This document shows, in pieces, positions 1 through 13,230 of a DNA stretch of 64,000 bases. Source of the stretch: Podarcis vaucheri (Eukaryota); the NCBI GenBank assembly GCA_965113315.1, contig OZ220373.1. One strand, given 5' to 3'. A program made the translations under genes and the position numbers. The notes beneath the pieces were generated by a model. The model worked only from the letters and a program-made list of their open reading frames with translations. It had not been told where the DNA came from and ran no database searches. How positions within the stretch are numbered: position 1 is the first letter of the stretch; every line of letters begins with the position of its first letter.

Positions 1-269
1 TCCTCTTAAACCTTCTAGCTCATAGTAGCTCCGCCTTAAAGCTTCAGCAGTTTATATTGTACTATGACTCAAAATGATAAAGTGAATTGTAAAATGTCGC
101 TATTAGCAGCTACTGGGGTTTCCAGATTCAGAGCTACACTGGAACTTTCAAAGTTTTTATTATGACCTTTTTAGTTTGTGACAGATATAAATATCATACC
201 TTGAGGAAGTCAATGAAACATCAGGTATAATGCGTGGCATTGAGAATAATTACTCTATATATTAACAGG

Positions 270-400
270 AATCAGTAACAGGCTGGGGGAGAGCCAGCAA
301 GCTGAAGATGAATCCCAACAAGATGGAGGTGCTATGGGTATTTGGTTCTCAGGTCTGGGAGATTGGCGTCCTTCCTGTTCTTGACAGGCATGGATGCCCC
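270..400 (+). mobile_element. Degenerate L2/CR1-clade LINE RT fragment
   Basis: Translates as SVTGWGRASKLKMNPNKMEVLWV, similar to the WMxxNKLKLNPxKTEVL motif. Confidence 0.6.
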
Positions 401-3400
401 TTTCTCTCCTTTCTGACTGGCAGTATGTGCTGTTTCCTTAAATAACCCGATCCAAAATGTTTGAGTTTTAACACAACATAAGATGGAGTACAATAGGTTG
501 CCCTAATCCAGACATGACTCCATAGCTATTTGCTTCTGTTTTCAAAGGGAGCTGTTCCTAATTTTCTCACATTGTATGTTTGGAAATGCCTCCTCAAAAT
601 ATCTTCTTTATCTGAAGCCAGATTGGTTGGGTTGAGAAGCAAAGCCACCCTTGTTTATGAAACTCCTTCCACAGAGAAATCCCATCAGGCCAGTGTGATT
701 TTATATTCTTATTTTTCCTTTATTATCTCAGATGGCGTTTGGTAGTTTTGCATTGAGTGATCTGCTACTGCTGAAAACTTGGTTTACAATTCATTTAGTT
801 TTGTGTGTGCTAGCTTGGTCAAATTTGTTGGGGAAAGATGGAACGTCAGAGTTTGATTTGTTGTAGGCTGCCCTGAGAGCTCTGTAGAGCCAAGCTGGAG
901 GGAAAGGAACAAACAAATAAATCTTCTGTATGTTTCAAAGTAAATTAGAATGTTAACAGCCCTAGTGATGATTCTGGTTAGACATTCTCTTTAGTACTTC
1001 TGTTCCCCCTAAAGTAATAGCTTGTGGGCTCACGATCATCGGTGGACTTGGGAAACCAGCTATAGTGTCTTCCTTGCCCTCCAACACCCAAGATTGAAGA
1101 CTCATTTGGCGGTGATAATGTACTTATAGAATATCTGCGATTGGGAAGATTTCATGGCTGCATTAAAGCGCAGCACTTGGGAAGATTTGGAGACATAAAA
1201 ACTGTCAGGAAAATAAAGTAGAATTATGTTCAATTGTAAGTCCAAACAAGGCCCATATGCTGCTGGAACAGTGAGCCATTGTAAGGTTATATTATTCTTT
1301 GAGGAAGTTTTTCACCGCAGAACGTTTCCTTGTCCGCTCTTAGGTCCCTGGAAACTCGTTGTTCAGCACTGTTTGAACCAAATAAAGCCCTTTTGTAAAA
1401 AGTTTAAATGATGACATAATGACCACCCAGGTAAGAAATGTGGTAAAGGCCCTTGGTGGGATGGATTCCATCAAAGGTCTTATTAAAATGAAAAAGGAAG
1501 TTTGAATTACATTTCCTCATAGCTCTTAATGTATAATCGAATCATGCTATTTTTTTTAAAAAAAACTTGGGGAACAAGAAATTATATTTCTTCCAGAGAT
1601 TGCTCTGATTTTTCTTAATTGCTACATAAGATTATGGCCAGAAGGAGATTTTTTAAAAAAGCTTTACAACTTTTGTATTATTTGTGGGCAAGAGGAAGCT
1701 AACCTAAGTAATATGTGGTACGTGTGGTCTGAGTTAGGCTTTTATTGTGCAACTTTTAATAAATATATATTATAGAATGGATTTTTTTTTAGTAATTAAA
1801 AATAGAACTCTTATTGGACGACTGTCTGGCTTCCTAACTAAACTCCAAATCAGAGATTATAATTATAATAATAATGCTTTATTTTTATTTTTGCAGACAT
1901 ATTCATCTTAATACCTTATTATGAGAATAGTGGCAATCTGCACATCTGTTAACACTAAAGCTGCATTGTAAAGTGACCCTCATTATTGAACAGCATCATT
2001 TAAGGTCAAAGGTCACAATAAGCCTCCTGCTGTTGTCCCTTGTCATAAATTTCAAATGTACCCATAGTGCACATTTTAGAAGTTCCTTAGTTTAATTAAC
2101 TGAGACTGCAGAAGCACAGAATTCAAAAATAAAGAGGCCAAGTATACCACTGGCTTTTTCACAGTTGTTATTTTTTATTACAAGCAATAAAATGTATTTG
2201 TGTATAGCCTTCCCCCACCCCCGTATTTTGAAGTAAACTTAAATACCAGCACACATACACACTTTTCTTATTTATAGCTACAAATCCTGTTTTTTAACCT
2301 TAAGTTTCATTTGATTATTTTTTTAAAAAATCCTTTGTCTCTTATGACAGATAGGAGTGACATATCTACTATAGGATAACTGACATTTGTTTGCATTTTG
2401 GCAAACAAATTTATAAATATTGTAAAAAGTGGAACACTTCAAGAAGGTTTTAGGCTAATTGCTAGTCTCCAATTGTCTGATTTCGACAAGGTGAGGGACA
2501 GACTCTAGGCTAGAACTCTCAGTCAGCCAGCCTCCTCTTTATTTGGAGTAACAGATTTAAACAAATGGTCTGAGTTCCCTGGGTTTCTGTGAAGCCCTGA
2601 GGCTCCAGCAGCAGGTTTGGGATACAGACAATGGCTGTTTTGCAGGGAGTGTGTGTGTTTGCATTCCTGACCCCTGCGCATGTTGGTGGAGCGCACGCTA
2701 GTCCGCCCTGGCCACTTCCAGGTTGTGGCGATGCACATGTGTGCGCAGTCACACATCAATTGGACGCATGTAAATTGGTCATTGCCTGTACCTCAGAGGA
2801 CACCATTTCATGTCAGAAGAGTCTTGGACCCATCCTGTTCACAGCTCAGGATTCCTCCAAACCAAATGCACCCTCTTGCTACTACTTAGGCCTTCAGAGT
2901 CAAATCCTTGTGGTGAGTTGTTTCCTCACCCACTTTTTTACACCTGGGTTGCAGCATTACCAGAAACCCAAGCAGCAACAGTTTTTACATCTATTCTTCT
3001 GATAATATTTGCTGCTTAAAGGAAAGGAAACTGAGCATTTTCACGTTCCACAGTTGTTGGTTGCCTGTAGTTGCAATTATACATTAATTTTGCACATGTG
3101 ATTTAGGTATCTGCTGTGCTTTAAACTCTAGGCTGTGTTCAGTATTGCAGCATAACCAGTCTGTATCCAAAGGCCAAGCTGACCAGTTTCCAAGTCGCTC
3201 ATTAAATCTTTCAGGTGTGTTATGTTACTGAACTTTCAAGATAACAGTGAATGGCTTCCTATCTGCCACCAGGTTCACTCTACAGCCAGAGATATAATTT
3301 GAGTCAATAAAGTTTGATAAGATTAATGAATGTAATTGGCATATCAAATATCAGGATACAGTATACGGGAAACTGGATTTGTTTAGAAGCCAACCTCTTT

Positions 3401-3887
3401 TTTTCTCCAACACAGCAATGTTTTGTTGGGGATGGTGCTGTGGGTACTTGCTGTGTGTGTGTGTGTGTGTTGCATTCAAGAAGGGGTGCCGCTGTAGTCA
3501 TTTAATTTGTGAGCTGGGAATGGAGAGGGTGTTCTGGGTGGGGTTTCTTAAAGTATTTCCAGCAAAAGGACCTTTCTGGTGGGCTTTGTTTATGTCAGGA
3601 AGTATAAAAGCAGAGGTGGATTAGGCAAAGAGATGATGACTACACTGAAGTTTTAACTAGTGGACTTCATGGCTGAATAGGGATTTGAACTTCGGTATCC
3701 ACAGTTCTAGGTAAGACAGCAGAGATGACGGGCCAAAAAATCCAGTATCAGTTTAGCTCCAGTACAAAATAATACTTCTACCTGGGAATACTTGAATCTA
3801 GTATGTATGGTTTTGCAGTTAATATTTAAGAAGGAAATTGCACAATAAAACTTGGTATAACAACAACAACAATCAGCAGCAACCATT

Positions 3888-3985
3888 GTAGCCTGCCCAT
3901 CTAACTGGGTTGCCCCAGCCACTCTGGACGGCTTCCAAAACATAAACATAATAAACATAAACATAATAAAACAGTACACATCGAA
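3888..3985 (-). mobile_element. L2-like LINE 3' end fragment
   Basis: Reverse complement of the ..ggaagccgcccagagtggctggggcaacccagtcagatggg.. 3' end also seen at 45.7 kb and 61.1 kb. Confidence 0.6.
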
Positions 3986-4701
3986 AGGCCGAAGGTTGGC
4001 TTGAATTACAAGGAATTGCAAAACTGAGCAGTTACTGGCTTCTGTGTTACTATTATTGCCATCTTTGATATGGAGATCCTGGCTTATTTTAAACCAGAGT
4101 TCCCTGTTACTCCCAAAACAGAGAACTGGTTTAATGTGTTGGCCTAGGAGCCAGATTCAAATCCCAAATCAGCCGTGAAGCTCACTTCATATTAACTTGG
4201 CCTTCCCCCCAGGCTCTTGTGCTCTCCCTCCTCTCCCCATCACTTTCCTCCACCACAGGAGACCGGAAGCTTCTGTCTTCGACGAACACTTCAGCACGCT
4301 GTCCAAACTTAAACTGTGGTTAATCTTAGCTGTGGCTCTTGAAAACAATTTAGCTTTGTTAATTATGGCTTGTTTCCACTAAAATTAACCACGGTTCGCC
4401 CAGCTTTGGATGCCACAGTAAACTGCGTTTAATCAAAAATACACAGCAAAGTTTCCAGACTTCTCCTTGTGGCCACCCTAGTGAATGACAGAGTGTGTGC
4501 AAGCCTTGGAAGAGGCTAGGCTCATTTTCATTGACTCTGAAGCAGCCCACTACTTCAAGGTTATTGTGAGGTAGAAAGGAGAGGACCATGTATGCTGCCC
4601 TGAACTCCAGATAGGAAAGACAGGATATATAAATGAAATTAATTAATTAAGAGGAGTTATCTTGCCACCTGCAAGATAATTTCAACACAGTCATGTAGAT
4701 A

Positions 4702-4890
4702 CAGTGGTACCTGGGTTGTCGAACGTTTCGGTTTTCAAAGGCCGAAAACCCGGAAGTAAATGTTTCCATTTTCAAACGAGGTGTGTTTCCCAATTTTCTC
4801 AATGGAATTTGCCAACCACCCATTTCGCCTCGGTTGTCAAACATTTAGGAAGTCAAACGGTCTTCCATAACGACAACCAAGGTATCACTG
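4702..4890. mobile_element. Tc1/mariner-pogo (Tigger-like) MITE
   Basis: TIRs CAGTGGTACCTGGGTTGTCG..CGACAACCAAGGTATCACTG flanked by TA. Confidence 0.8.
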
Positions 4891-5060
4891 TACTTCATAG
4901 CATATATTTCAGTGTTTGGGTTAATAGTGGGAAAACCTTTACTTTTGCATTTTTAAAGAAGATTCTTTTAGAAGTACCACATTTCTCTCTAACCTCCCCT
5001 ACCCTCCGCACCCCCCTAAATATGTGTATGAATAATCAGCTTTTTGCAATCAGGGACGTA

Positions 5061-5945
5061 CAGTGGTGCCTCACAAGATGAAATTAATTCGTTTCGCGAG
5101 TTTTTTCGCCTAGCAAATTTTTCGTCTTGCGAAGCACGAAATCCCATAGGAATGCATTGAAATTCAATTAATGCGTTCCTATGGTCAAAAAAAGTCCAAA
5201 CAAAGCCAAATTTGGTACAACAAGAGTTTATTAAGTGCTCTTTAAAATCACACATACTGTAAAGAGCATTTCAAAAATTGAAGGAACAATAAATTAAGTT
5301 TCTAAACATGACAGAAAAACATTTAAAAATCAACAAAGTGTACAGTACATTTTCTAAGACTCTGGGGGACAACTCGAAGAAGGTTCCTCTTCCACTCTTT
5401 GCTTCTTGCTGAAGAACCCCCTCCTCAACTGTTCCCCCAGCCACCCACCACACAGAAATTCAAATCCAGATTTTAAAAAAAAAAAAACAGCGGAGTGGCC
5501 CAATGGTCACAGAAAATCATAAAAATGCAGAAAAAACACACACACAAGCTTCCAGATTCTTGCAAACCCCTCCCCAACACCAAGTCCTTGAATTCCAAAC
5601 ACCCCAACCCAAAATCCAACCCCCCCAAAAAAAAGTTTTAAAAGTTTAACTTACCAAATGTCTGCAAAAGAAGTTTTGGGAAAGCTTCAAAAATCACCAA
5701 AGTCTTCAAAAACCTCAAAAAAGGCTACCACACCGCGTTCTATGAGTTGTTCCTCGAAGTCAAGTCGCAACTGTATTAACGGTGTTAAGAAAAAGGAAGC
5801 AAACTTGCAAGACGGTTTCGTTTTTCGTCTTGCAAAGCAAGCCCATAGGGAAATTCGTCTTGCGAAGCAGCTCAAAAAACGCAAAACCCTTTCGTCTAGC
5901 GAGTTTTTTTGTCTTGCGAGGCATTCGTCTTGTGGGGCACCACTG
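5061..5945 (-). mobile_element. Tigger/pogo-like non-autonomous DNA transposon, long internal-deletion derivative
   Basis: TA-flanked TIRs CAGTGGTGCCTC..GGGGCACCACTG and repeated subterminal TTCGTCTTGCGA motifs. Shares its ends with 17856-18108 and 48721-49017. Confidence 0.85.
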
Positions 5946-7229
5946 TAGATGCTTGTATGCTGTTCAGAATGAGACACTGTGTCTGGGCAAAATTACTTAT
6001 CAAACTGAAGATACTTTTTCACTCTAGTAACTTCAGCCAAACTAGGTCATTCAATAAATGTCAGTAAGACAGGAAAGTAAGTTAAATGTCACTTGAAAGA
6101 GGCACGTATGCATAAATTTGCGAGGCACTCTAAAAGCTTTTATAGGTAACATGACTAAAGGGTTTTTTTGTATCGGTCTCTAGCGATAAATGAGTGAATG
6201 ATTACATTAATTTATCAGGAGGTTTTCTTGCTTGCCTACTTGTTTATGTAAAATACCTAACAATGATGATAAGTAGTGGCGAATGAGAGAGCTTCTATCT
6301 TCTTGAAGTGGGTTTGAAAAGGCAGCTAGATTAGAAAGGGTTTCATGAGTGGGTTATTGTAATTGATATTGATTTAGGAAAAGTAACCTAATAGAAGTTA
6401 CTGTTTTGTTGTGACTGTTCAAAGCCTTGCCATCTTCAAGCTATTACCTCTTGAATTCATGCCATGCTTTACACCTGTCACAATAAAAATATTTTCAGCA
6501 TATATTGAAATAAAATTACAAGGCAGCTGGTTTTAATTTCTCCTTCTAAAGTGGGTATCATGCCTATCTCATACAGTAATCATGCGCAGGTCTTATAAAC
6601 AGAAGCTTTGTACACTTACTCTTTCTTTCCAAATGCTCAAAACTTAAAAAAATTTAGATACAATGTGTTTCCTCTTAGGAAGCTCATTGCTGCAGGTGAC
6701 AGGCGTATGTTTCAGTTAGAGCTACTTGCATTATGTTGGAGAAGCTGTTGCCAATCAGGTAAGCAGTTTTCATATTGGAACCCAAGATGGCTGCCACGAA
6801 TTCACACTTGGTGAATATTTCAGTCCCTATAAGCGTGAGAAAATTAGCTCCAATTACAAAACTAACAAGGAGATCAATCATAATGTGTTATTTTTACTAA
6901 CACATTATGATTATGATATGTTTGTTATATGTTATGTTAAATAACATAAAGTGTTATTTTTATTGTATGCATAAAATACCGCTATTCATACAAAAAAATG
7001 CAGCTAACAAAAACCACACACCCATGTACACAATAAAAACCATGTAAAGATTTCAAATAATAGATCAGCTAATTATTAAAGGAAGATATTTTTTTCAGTG
7101 CTTATAATAAGCTTGGTTTTCACCAGATTTTTAAAGGTTGAAACAGAATGTACCTGCTGAATATCTGTGGACAGAGCATTGTGGCCAATTGTACGAAAGG
7201 CTTGATTTCTTTTTGCTATCATATGAGCT

Positions 7230-7900
7230 TCATCAACTTGTGGGAAAGTCAGCAATGTTCCTGCAGATTATATCGTTGAGTAAAACTTCCATGCAGCAGC
7301 TGATGTATGGTGAGGTCAGTCTTGCTCATTTGGATGATGGAGAGAGCTCCCTGGAGAGAACTTTTGCTCACTTGAACCCAGCTATGTAGGATGGAGTCCC
7401 CTTCTAAAATGAAGATTTTATCTCCTATGCTGGCCTCCGGTGTGAGAAGGTCTGGAAACACTGGTTAGATGCCATGGTGGCTTTCATGTTTTCCCGGTGA
7501 ACCAGGGTCTTCTTGTGATTCCTACTGTATCTTCTTGAGGGTTATGGCTAGAAGAGGCATTAGGGGGAAAGGCAAACAGAAGTCAGTCCCTTGGATCAGT
7601 TTGTGTGGAGGGCATCCATGGCTTCTACTTGTGGGTGGTCCCTGGAAAAGAACCTTGGTGTTTGGTTGCTGAGGTGAAAAGTGTACAGCTCTAGATCAGC
7701 CTGAATTCCCTTTGGATTTGTCAGAATAGTTGGTCAGATAAATGCCGTTTTCCTGCTTGTAGAGTCCCTCTGCTCAACCAGTCGGCTTGCTCATTAGCTT
7801 TTCCACTGACACTCTCCACATTGACCTCTGCCCATGTCAGGAGCAATGCCTCTTGTTTACAGCAGGTCCAAGATGTTGGCGTGAAGATACACCTTTCAGG
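7230..7900 (-). mobile_element. Degenerate DIRS1-like retrotransposon fragment (RNase H end plus methyltransferase-like region)
   Basis: The minus strand reads ..LLTWAEVNVESVSGKANEQADWLSR..LSDQLF.. then ..AMDAL....AFP(P)MPLLAITLKKI..RRPWF with stops and frameshifts. These are motifs typical of DIRS1 pol. Confidence 0.7.
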
Positions 7901-9537
7901 TGAGTCCAGTGGATCTTTCCATTTGTTGCAATTCTGGAAAAGGTTGTTCATAGAAACTTGCTGCTAGAAAGAAAGGGGTGGGGGGGTTATTTTGTTTTAG
8001 CAGTACTTTGTTGGTTGTGAGGTCCTTTTGAAGTCCTGGCTTCAAAACTTCAAAGTGCATCATCACCTGATGTGATGGCTCCCTTCCCCAGACTGTGCTC
8101 ACCATAGTACTTTAGGTGCGTATGTGTGTGTATTTGTCATTGCGGTTTATGTTCTAACAGCAAAATGAAATTATTTTGGTCCAGGACCGAATGTGCCTCT
8201 GTATTAAGGAGCATTTGTAAAATTGACCTCTCTATTTTAGTAGGTATGTGATCTTACGCTGCCACTCTTTTTAGGGAGGTTATTTTTTTGGTAAAACTTC
8301 CTAATGGACCACATCCACAGCGGGTGATGGTACTTTAACCACTTAATGCTTTTTCTGTCCAGTGATATTTCAACAGAAGTGCTTTCTCTTTAAAACTTTT
8401 AAAGACAATGCTTTTAGAAATACTGCGTTGCAATCAACTGATAAGAATGATCAAATAGTATCATGACAGTTGCACATTTTTATATCTGAACATTTGCAAT
8501 GTTTGCATATGTTGCACTCCTTTGTATGCTGAATACAAAGGGCATTGGGTCCTTTTGATGTTGCTTTAAAGAAGCTTTTTAGACATCTGATTTACTGAAC
8601 AGTATTGCCCACTGCTTTTTGTAATGGTTGAGTTGGTTTATGGGATTTTAACTGTATTTTTTTTTAATTAACTGTTTATGATTATGCGTTTTACTTGCAA
8701 ACTGTTCTATGGCTTTAATGAAGAGCATAACATTAAAAAAAATGATTTTCTTTTAATGTGCTACCTCACACTATATGAGTTTCATGCAGCAAAATGCATA
8801 AACATACATACAGCTGAAGGAATGGAGAGAACCCCACCGGAGTTGATACATGCTTAAAATTGGAGCATCACAAGGGTTGCTTTTGGCTAGCATCCAAAGA
8901 GCTACTTTAAGCTTATTCAAGAGTTTGTACCCACCCAGTGGGATTTTAGATTTCAACAGCAGATTTCATCTCCCCATCCCTCCATGCCATATCCTAGATT
9001 TCTTTTGCTGCTCCCCTTGGTTTTGAGAACTTTTTACTATACGGGATGCAAGGCAGCTGTTCATAAAACACAAGTACAGCTTTGGGTACGCGAAATTTGC
9101 TTTGGGGTCTTGGCTTCTATGCAGAATAAGAGAAGGCTTTTATTTTGTCCAGAGTTTATGCCATTTAATATGCCTATTAAATGAGGAGTTACTCCTGACT
9201 TTTTAATTTAAGCAAGCAAGGGTTCAGCAAAATATTTCCAAACCAAAAATGGCATAATTTGAATTTATATTTTGATTGCATATGTTATAGCTTACGATGC
9301 CAGTGATATTTTTAAACTTCAAAGCCAAATAACTTTGTGGTAGCTACGCATACAAGCTCAAAGGAGTTTAGGTTTGGGCAGATTACTAGTCTAAACAGTT
9401 TGTCGCGTAAAACCAATTCATATTGATAAATGACAAGCATGATATACTAACTGTACAAATTGTAACTAACATCTTGTAGTACGCGCTTCAGAGTGAAATA
9501 CTACCTTTTGGGATTATGAAGATAAAAGTTTTCTTCA

Positions 9538-9628
9538 GCTGCGACTCTATACACACTTACCTGGGAACAAGTCCTACTGAACTTAATGGGACTGACTTAT
9601 GAGTAGGCATGTACAATATTGTGCTGTC
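9538..9628. repeat. Short palindromic squamate interspersed repeat (old MITE-like); related copies near 24790-24900, 39950-40040 and 40645-40730
   Basis: Imperfect hairpin core cacttacctggga..aagtccta(c/t)tgaacttaatgggact.. recurring in the window. Confidence 0.5.
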
Positions 9629-10599
9629 ACTGAAGCTTTTATGCTTGCGTTGTGAGTTAACTGTTTAAGATAAGACCTTTACAGAACAGGACATCATCCG
9701 TTCCTGACAATCTTCTGGGTAGCTGTGTCAACATTAAGCTCTCTGATCCAATAGTGAATCCCTTCTAATAGTTTTTTTATTCTATGACATATCATGGGAA
9801 CACATTCCATGTATTTTAGGTGTGTTAAATGCTTTTCAAGTTGTTCCCCTATCAGTGTCTAGTTTTCAAATGGTTTTTGTAGGCAATGAAAGCTTTATTA
9901 ATTTAGTGACAGCAGGTTTCCGGCAAGATCCGTTGCCTACTTTCCTAGTGATCTCATTATCTTCCAGTCCAATTAATGCAGATCTTACTGTTGCAAGTAT
10001 CCTTTCCTAGCTTGACCTGCCTCAGAATAGAAATTATTCATTTCAGCATTAACCACAGGTGATTGGAAGCACAACAAGGCTGCTCAAAAAGAAGGGAATG
10101 GCCTATATATGCTTTGGGGGCTTTTGCAGGATGCAGAAGTATATGTGCTTATAAATTGAAAGGGTTTTCCTTTTTCTTTTTAAAGACCAAAATGGTTCTA
10201 GGACTTACAGAATTCATTGGCATTTGAAACTTGAGAGAGTAAAGGGACTTGAAAAGAGCATAAATTAGCCTCCTGTAGACAGACCATCAATTGAGTGTAT
10301 GAGGGAGAGCAGTGGAGATATTGAATGTTACAGTGTAAGCCGAGGGGGAGGAAAAAAAGGAAAGAAAATGGGGGGCAGGTGATGAGAGGCAGTAGGCCGC
10401 CTTAGAGCCCTAACAGCTTATATTGAATCCTGGAGGGAGTATGGGGGGTTGTTCCCCCACCACAGCCCCTGCACTTATACAAGAATGTTTCAGCAGGAAA
10501 TGAAGGGGAAAGGAACATGTTTCCTTTTCCAGTCTCCAGGACCCCCACCCACCACTATGCCACTATTAAATGTTCTGCAATGAAATCCTTCTGCTAATA

Positions 10600-10833
10600 C
10601 AGTGGTACCTCAGGTTAAGTACTTAATTCATTACGGAGGTCCGTTCTTAACCTAAAACTGTTCTTAACCTGAAGCACCACTTTAGCTAATGGGGCTTCCT
10701 GCTGCTGCCGCAGCACAATTTCTGTTCTCATCCTGAAGCAAAGTTCTTAACCCGAGGTACTATTTCTGGGTTAGCGGAGTCTGTAACCTGAAGCGTATGT
10801 AACCTGAAGCGTATGTAACCAGAGGTACCACTG
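10600..10833. mobile_element. Tc1/mariner-pogo MITE, family A
   Basis: TA-flanked TIRs CAGTGGTACCTC..GAGGTACCACTG with internal AACCTGAAGC repeats. Four copies in the window. Confidence 0.88.
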
Positions 10834-10893
10834 TATATGGCACAGGGCTTGGGGTGGGACTAGGATGTGTCCTTTCCTCTTCCTATCCCCTCA

Positions 10894-11061
10894 AACGTCT
10901 CCCTCTCCCGAGAGGCCTGCACAGGGTCCCTGTTCCAGGCTAGCTGAAGCCCTGACCAGGAACCCTCCTCCGTTTAGAACGTCTCCCTCTCCCGAGAGGC
11001 CTGCACAGGGTCCCTGTTCCAGGCTAGCTGAAGCCCTGACCAGGAACCCTCCTCCGTTTAG
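10894..11061 (+). repeat. Perfect 84-bp tandem duplication (2 copies)
   Basis: 10894-10977 is identical to 10978-11061. Confidence 0.95.
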
Positions 11062-13230
11062 AGACCGGAGATAACTGCAATGCTTTGCTAAAGGTTCCAC
11101 TGGAGAATGCTATATATAATCAGCTAAGCTTCCAAAACAAAACAAACCTTAGTGACCCTGAATATTATTCAGAAATGTTTGGCAAAAACAGCCACAAGTA
11201 AGTGTTTGACACTGTCTAGCAGTCTTGGAAAATGGGAGCAGCAGACTATGATGTTGTTGTTATCTGTGAACACAGTCTGTCCCTTTCTCAGCTCTGCTCC
11301 ACAAGCTCAGGCAAGTGTCTTATTCTTTTGTAAATGGAGCACTCCTAGCTCAGGCCTGATCATTTCTGTATGCACATAGTAATGTTTTGCTGATACTGAA
11401 TCTAAAGAAAAAGATTTCTACTTATACTTCGAACTCCTCCAAGCACTAAACTCTGCGAGGAAAAGGAAGCAATTATAATATTTGGGTTATATGGAGTTAT
11501 ACGGGCTATATTTGGGTAATGTGGAGTTTCTTTAAGCAGACATTATTCCTGCAAATCTTACTAAAGTTGTCCTCTGTGCGGATGTTTCTTAATTTACAGG
11601 AAGCACCACTGCAGGAAGTTCAAGGATGTAGCATCCTGTTGATCAAGAGGGTGTTACTATTTTTTGTACTTTCTTCTTGGTTAGTTGGCTCATAATTGAC
11701 AAATTGCTAAAAACAGGAAAAGCATAACTTTTAGACAATATAATCACTTGAGCTGAGATTTTAAATCCCCTTTTGCCAGGAACTCTTTGCTATACTGCAT
11801 TGTGCTTCTTCTCTTCCTTTAAATTTAATCTCAAAGCCTACTTAGACCTTGCCAAATAGACACAAGGGAGATCTACAACACCCTTGTGGTTGCTGTATAC
11901 ATCTGCACAGTAGAGTCATGTGGGATAGCCCCATGAGGAATTTGACTTCCACATGGTGGGCCTGGGCGATGTACCGATGTATGAGGCAATGTATGAGGGC
12001 CAGAGTGTTCTGGTGGCTTCACCCAGCGGTATACTGTGAGTGAAACCACCACTGCTCCTGAGTTCCTCCGCCTCCAGCGCCCGGTGGCAGGAACAAGCTG
12101 CCTTGGCCAGGCTTGAGATGGGTATATGAAGGAGCATGGAGAACTGGGTATGCAGTGAAAGAGGTTTGAAATCGGGGTGGGGGAAACGCACCACAGCCCA
12201 GAGGAGAAATCGGCTCCTTGGGAAATCAGCTGCCCTGAGGGGAAGATACTGTGGCGCTGGGAAGGTGGCAAACGAATGATGCAAAGCAAGGAGACGGCGA
12301 TTGTCCTTCCTCTCTCCTAGCTTGCTGGGTGGGTGTGTTGCATCCCCTCTGTTTAGCAACACAATGCATAGCCATATTGTGATGTTTGGCTGGTGATACA
12401 CTGCAGTGTTGAAAAGCTGACATTTCCCAGCTCTACCACATGGTGTATGTAAGAGAGACAGACAGACATGAAACAATGCAAATACCCTGCAGAAGTTTAG
12501 ATTGCCCATCACAGTTTGTGAGACAGCAACAATCCCATTTACTTGAAACTCCACCATGTCAAATATTTCAGTTGTGTTCGGAGAATGGTGTTAGAATTAC
12601 TTAAATTATATTATTAATGGTCATTTAATGAATGCACCATTATCATGTCCCATTATGACTTTGCTTCATATTTCTGGTCCCTTTTTACATAACCATCTTT
12701 GAAGAACTTGTGACAGTCTCTTTCCCCTTGGGCTAGAAATAGTTCATAAACGCTGCTGTTTTGCTGTGGTTATAAATGTTTCTGGGTAGTAACTTAAAGT
12801 ATATCCTTGTTGGTGCTGAATGCTTGCCTGCTGTTCTGATTTATAAGCCAAGCTCTTTGTGGTGTCATGATTTCAAAACACTTCACAGAATTAAATAGTC
12901 CCTTTGGACTAAAAGTTACAGACGACCATAACACCCAGTGAAAGAGTGGAGAGGAAATGTTACAACCCCTTTCTTTAACCTTGAAGGGAAGATGCCATTG
13001 CTCATAGGTAGACAATCTGCATTTGCATGCAAAGCACTTAATATTCAAACCTGCATCTCTTTTTAAAGGATCTCTGAAAGCAGAACTGGTAAAAAAGACC
13101 ACAAAGTGCTGCTGCCATTTAAAGACCGTTAATGGACGATGTATATTGGTCCTTTGGTATAAGGCAGCTAAAGGCAACCTGATATAGGTAAGGCCACTGT
13201 GGTTGAAGAGGTCAGAGTGTGGGACTAGGA

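Noticed and set aside
5658-5948. 96-aa Lys/Ser-rich ORF starting with ATG
   Set aside because: Lies in the subterminal repeat region of a MITE; low-complexity composition with no domain.
11916-12557. 213-aa minus-strand ORF and overlapping 138-aa ORF
   Set aside because: No recognisable domain or splice structure. It overlaps a GC-richer tract that looks like an old LTR-type repeat whose ends I could not define.
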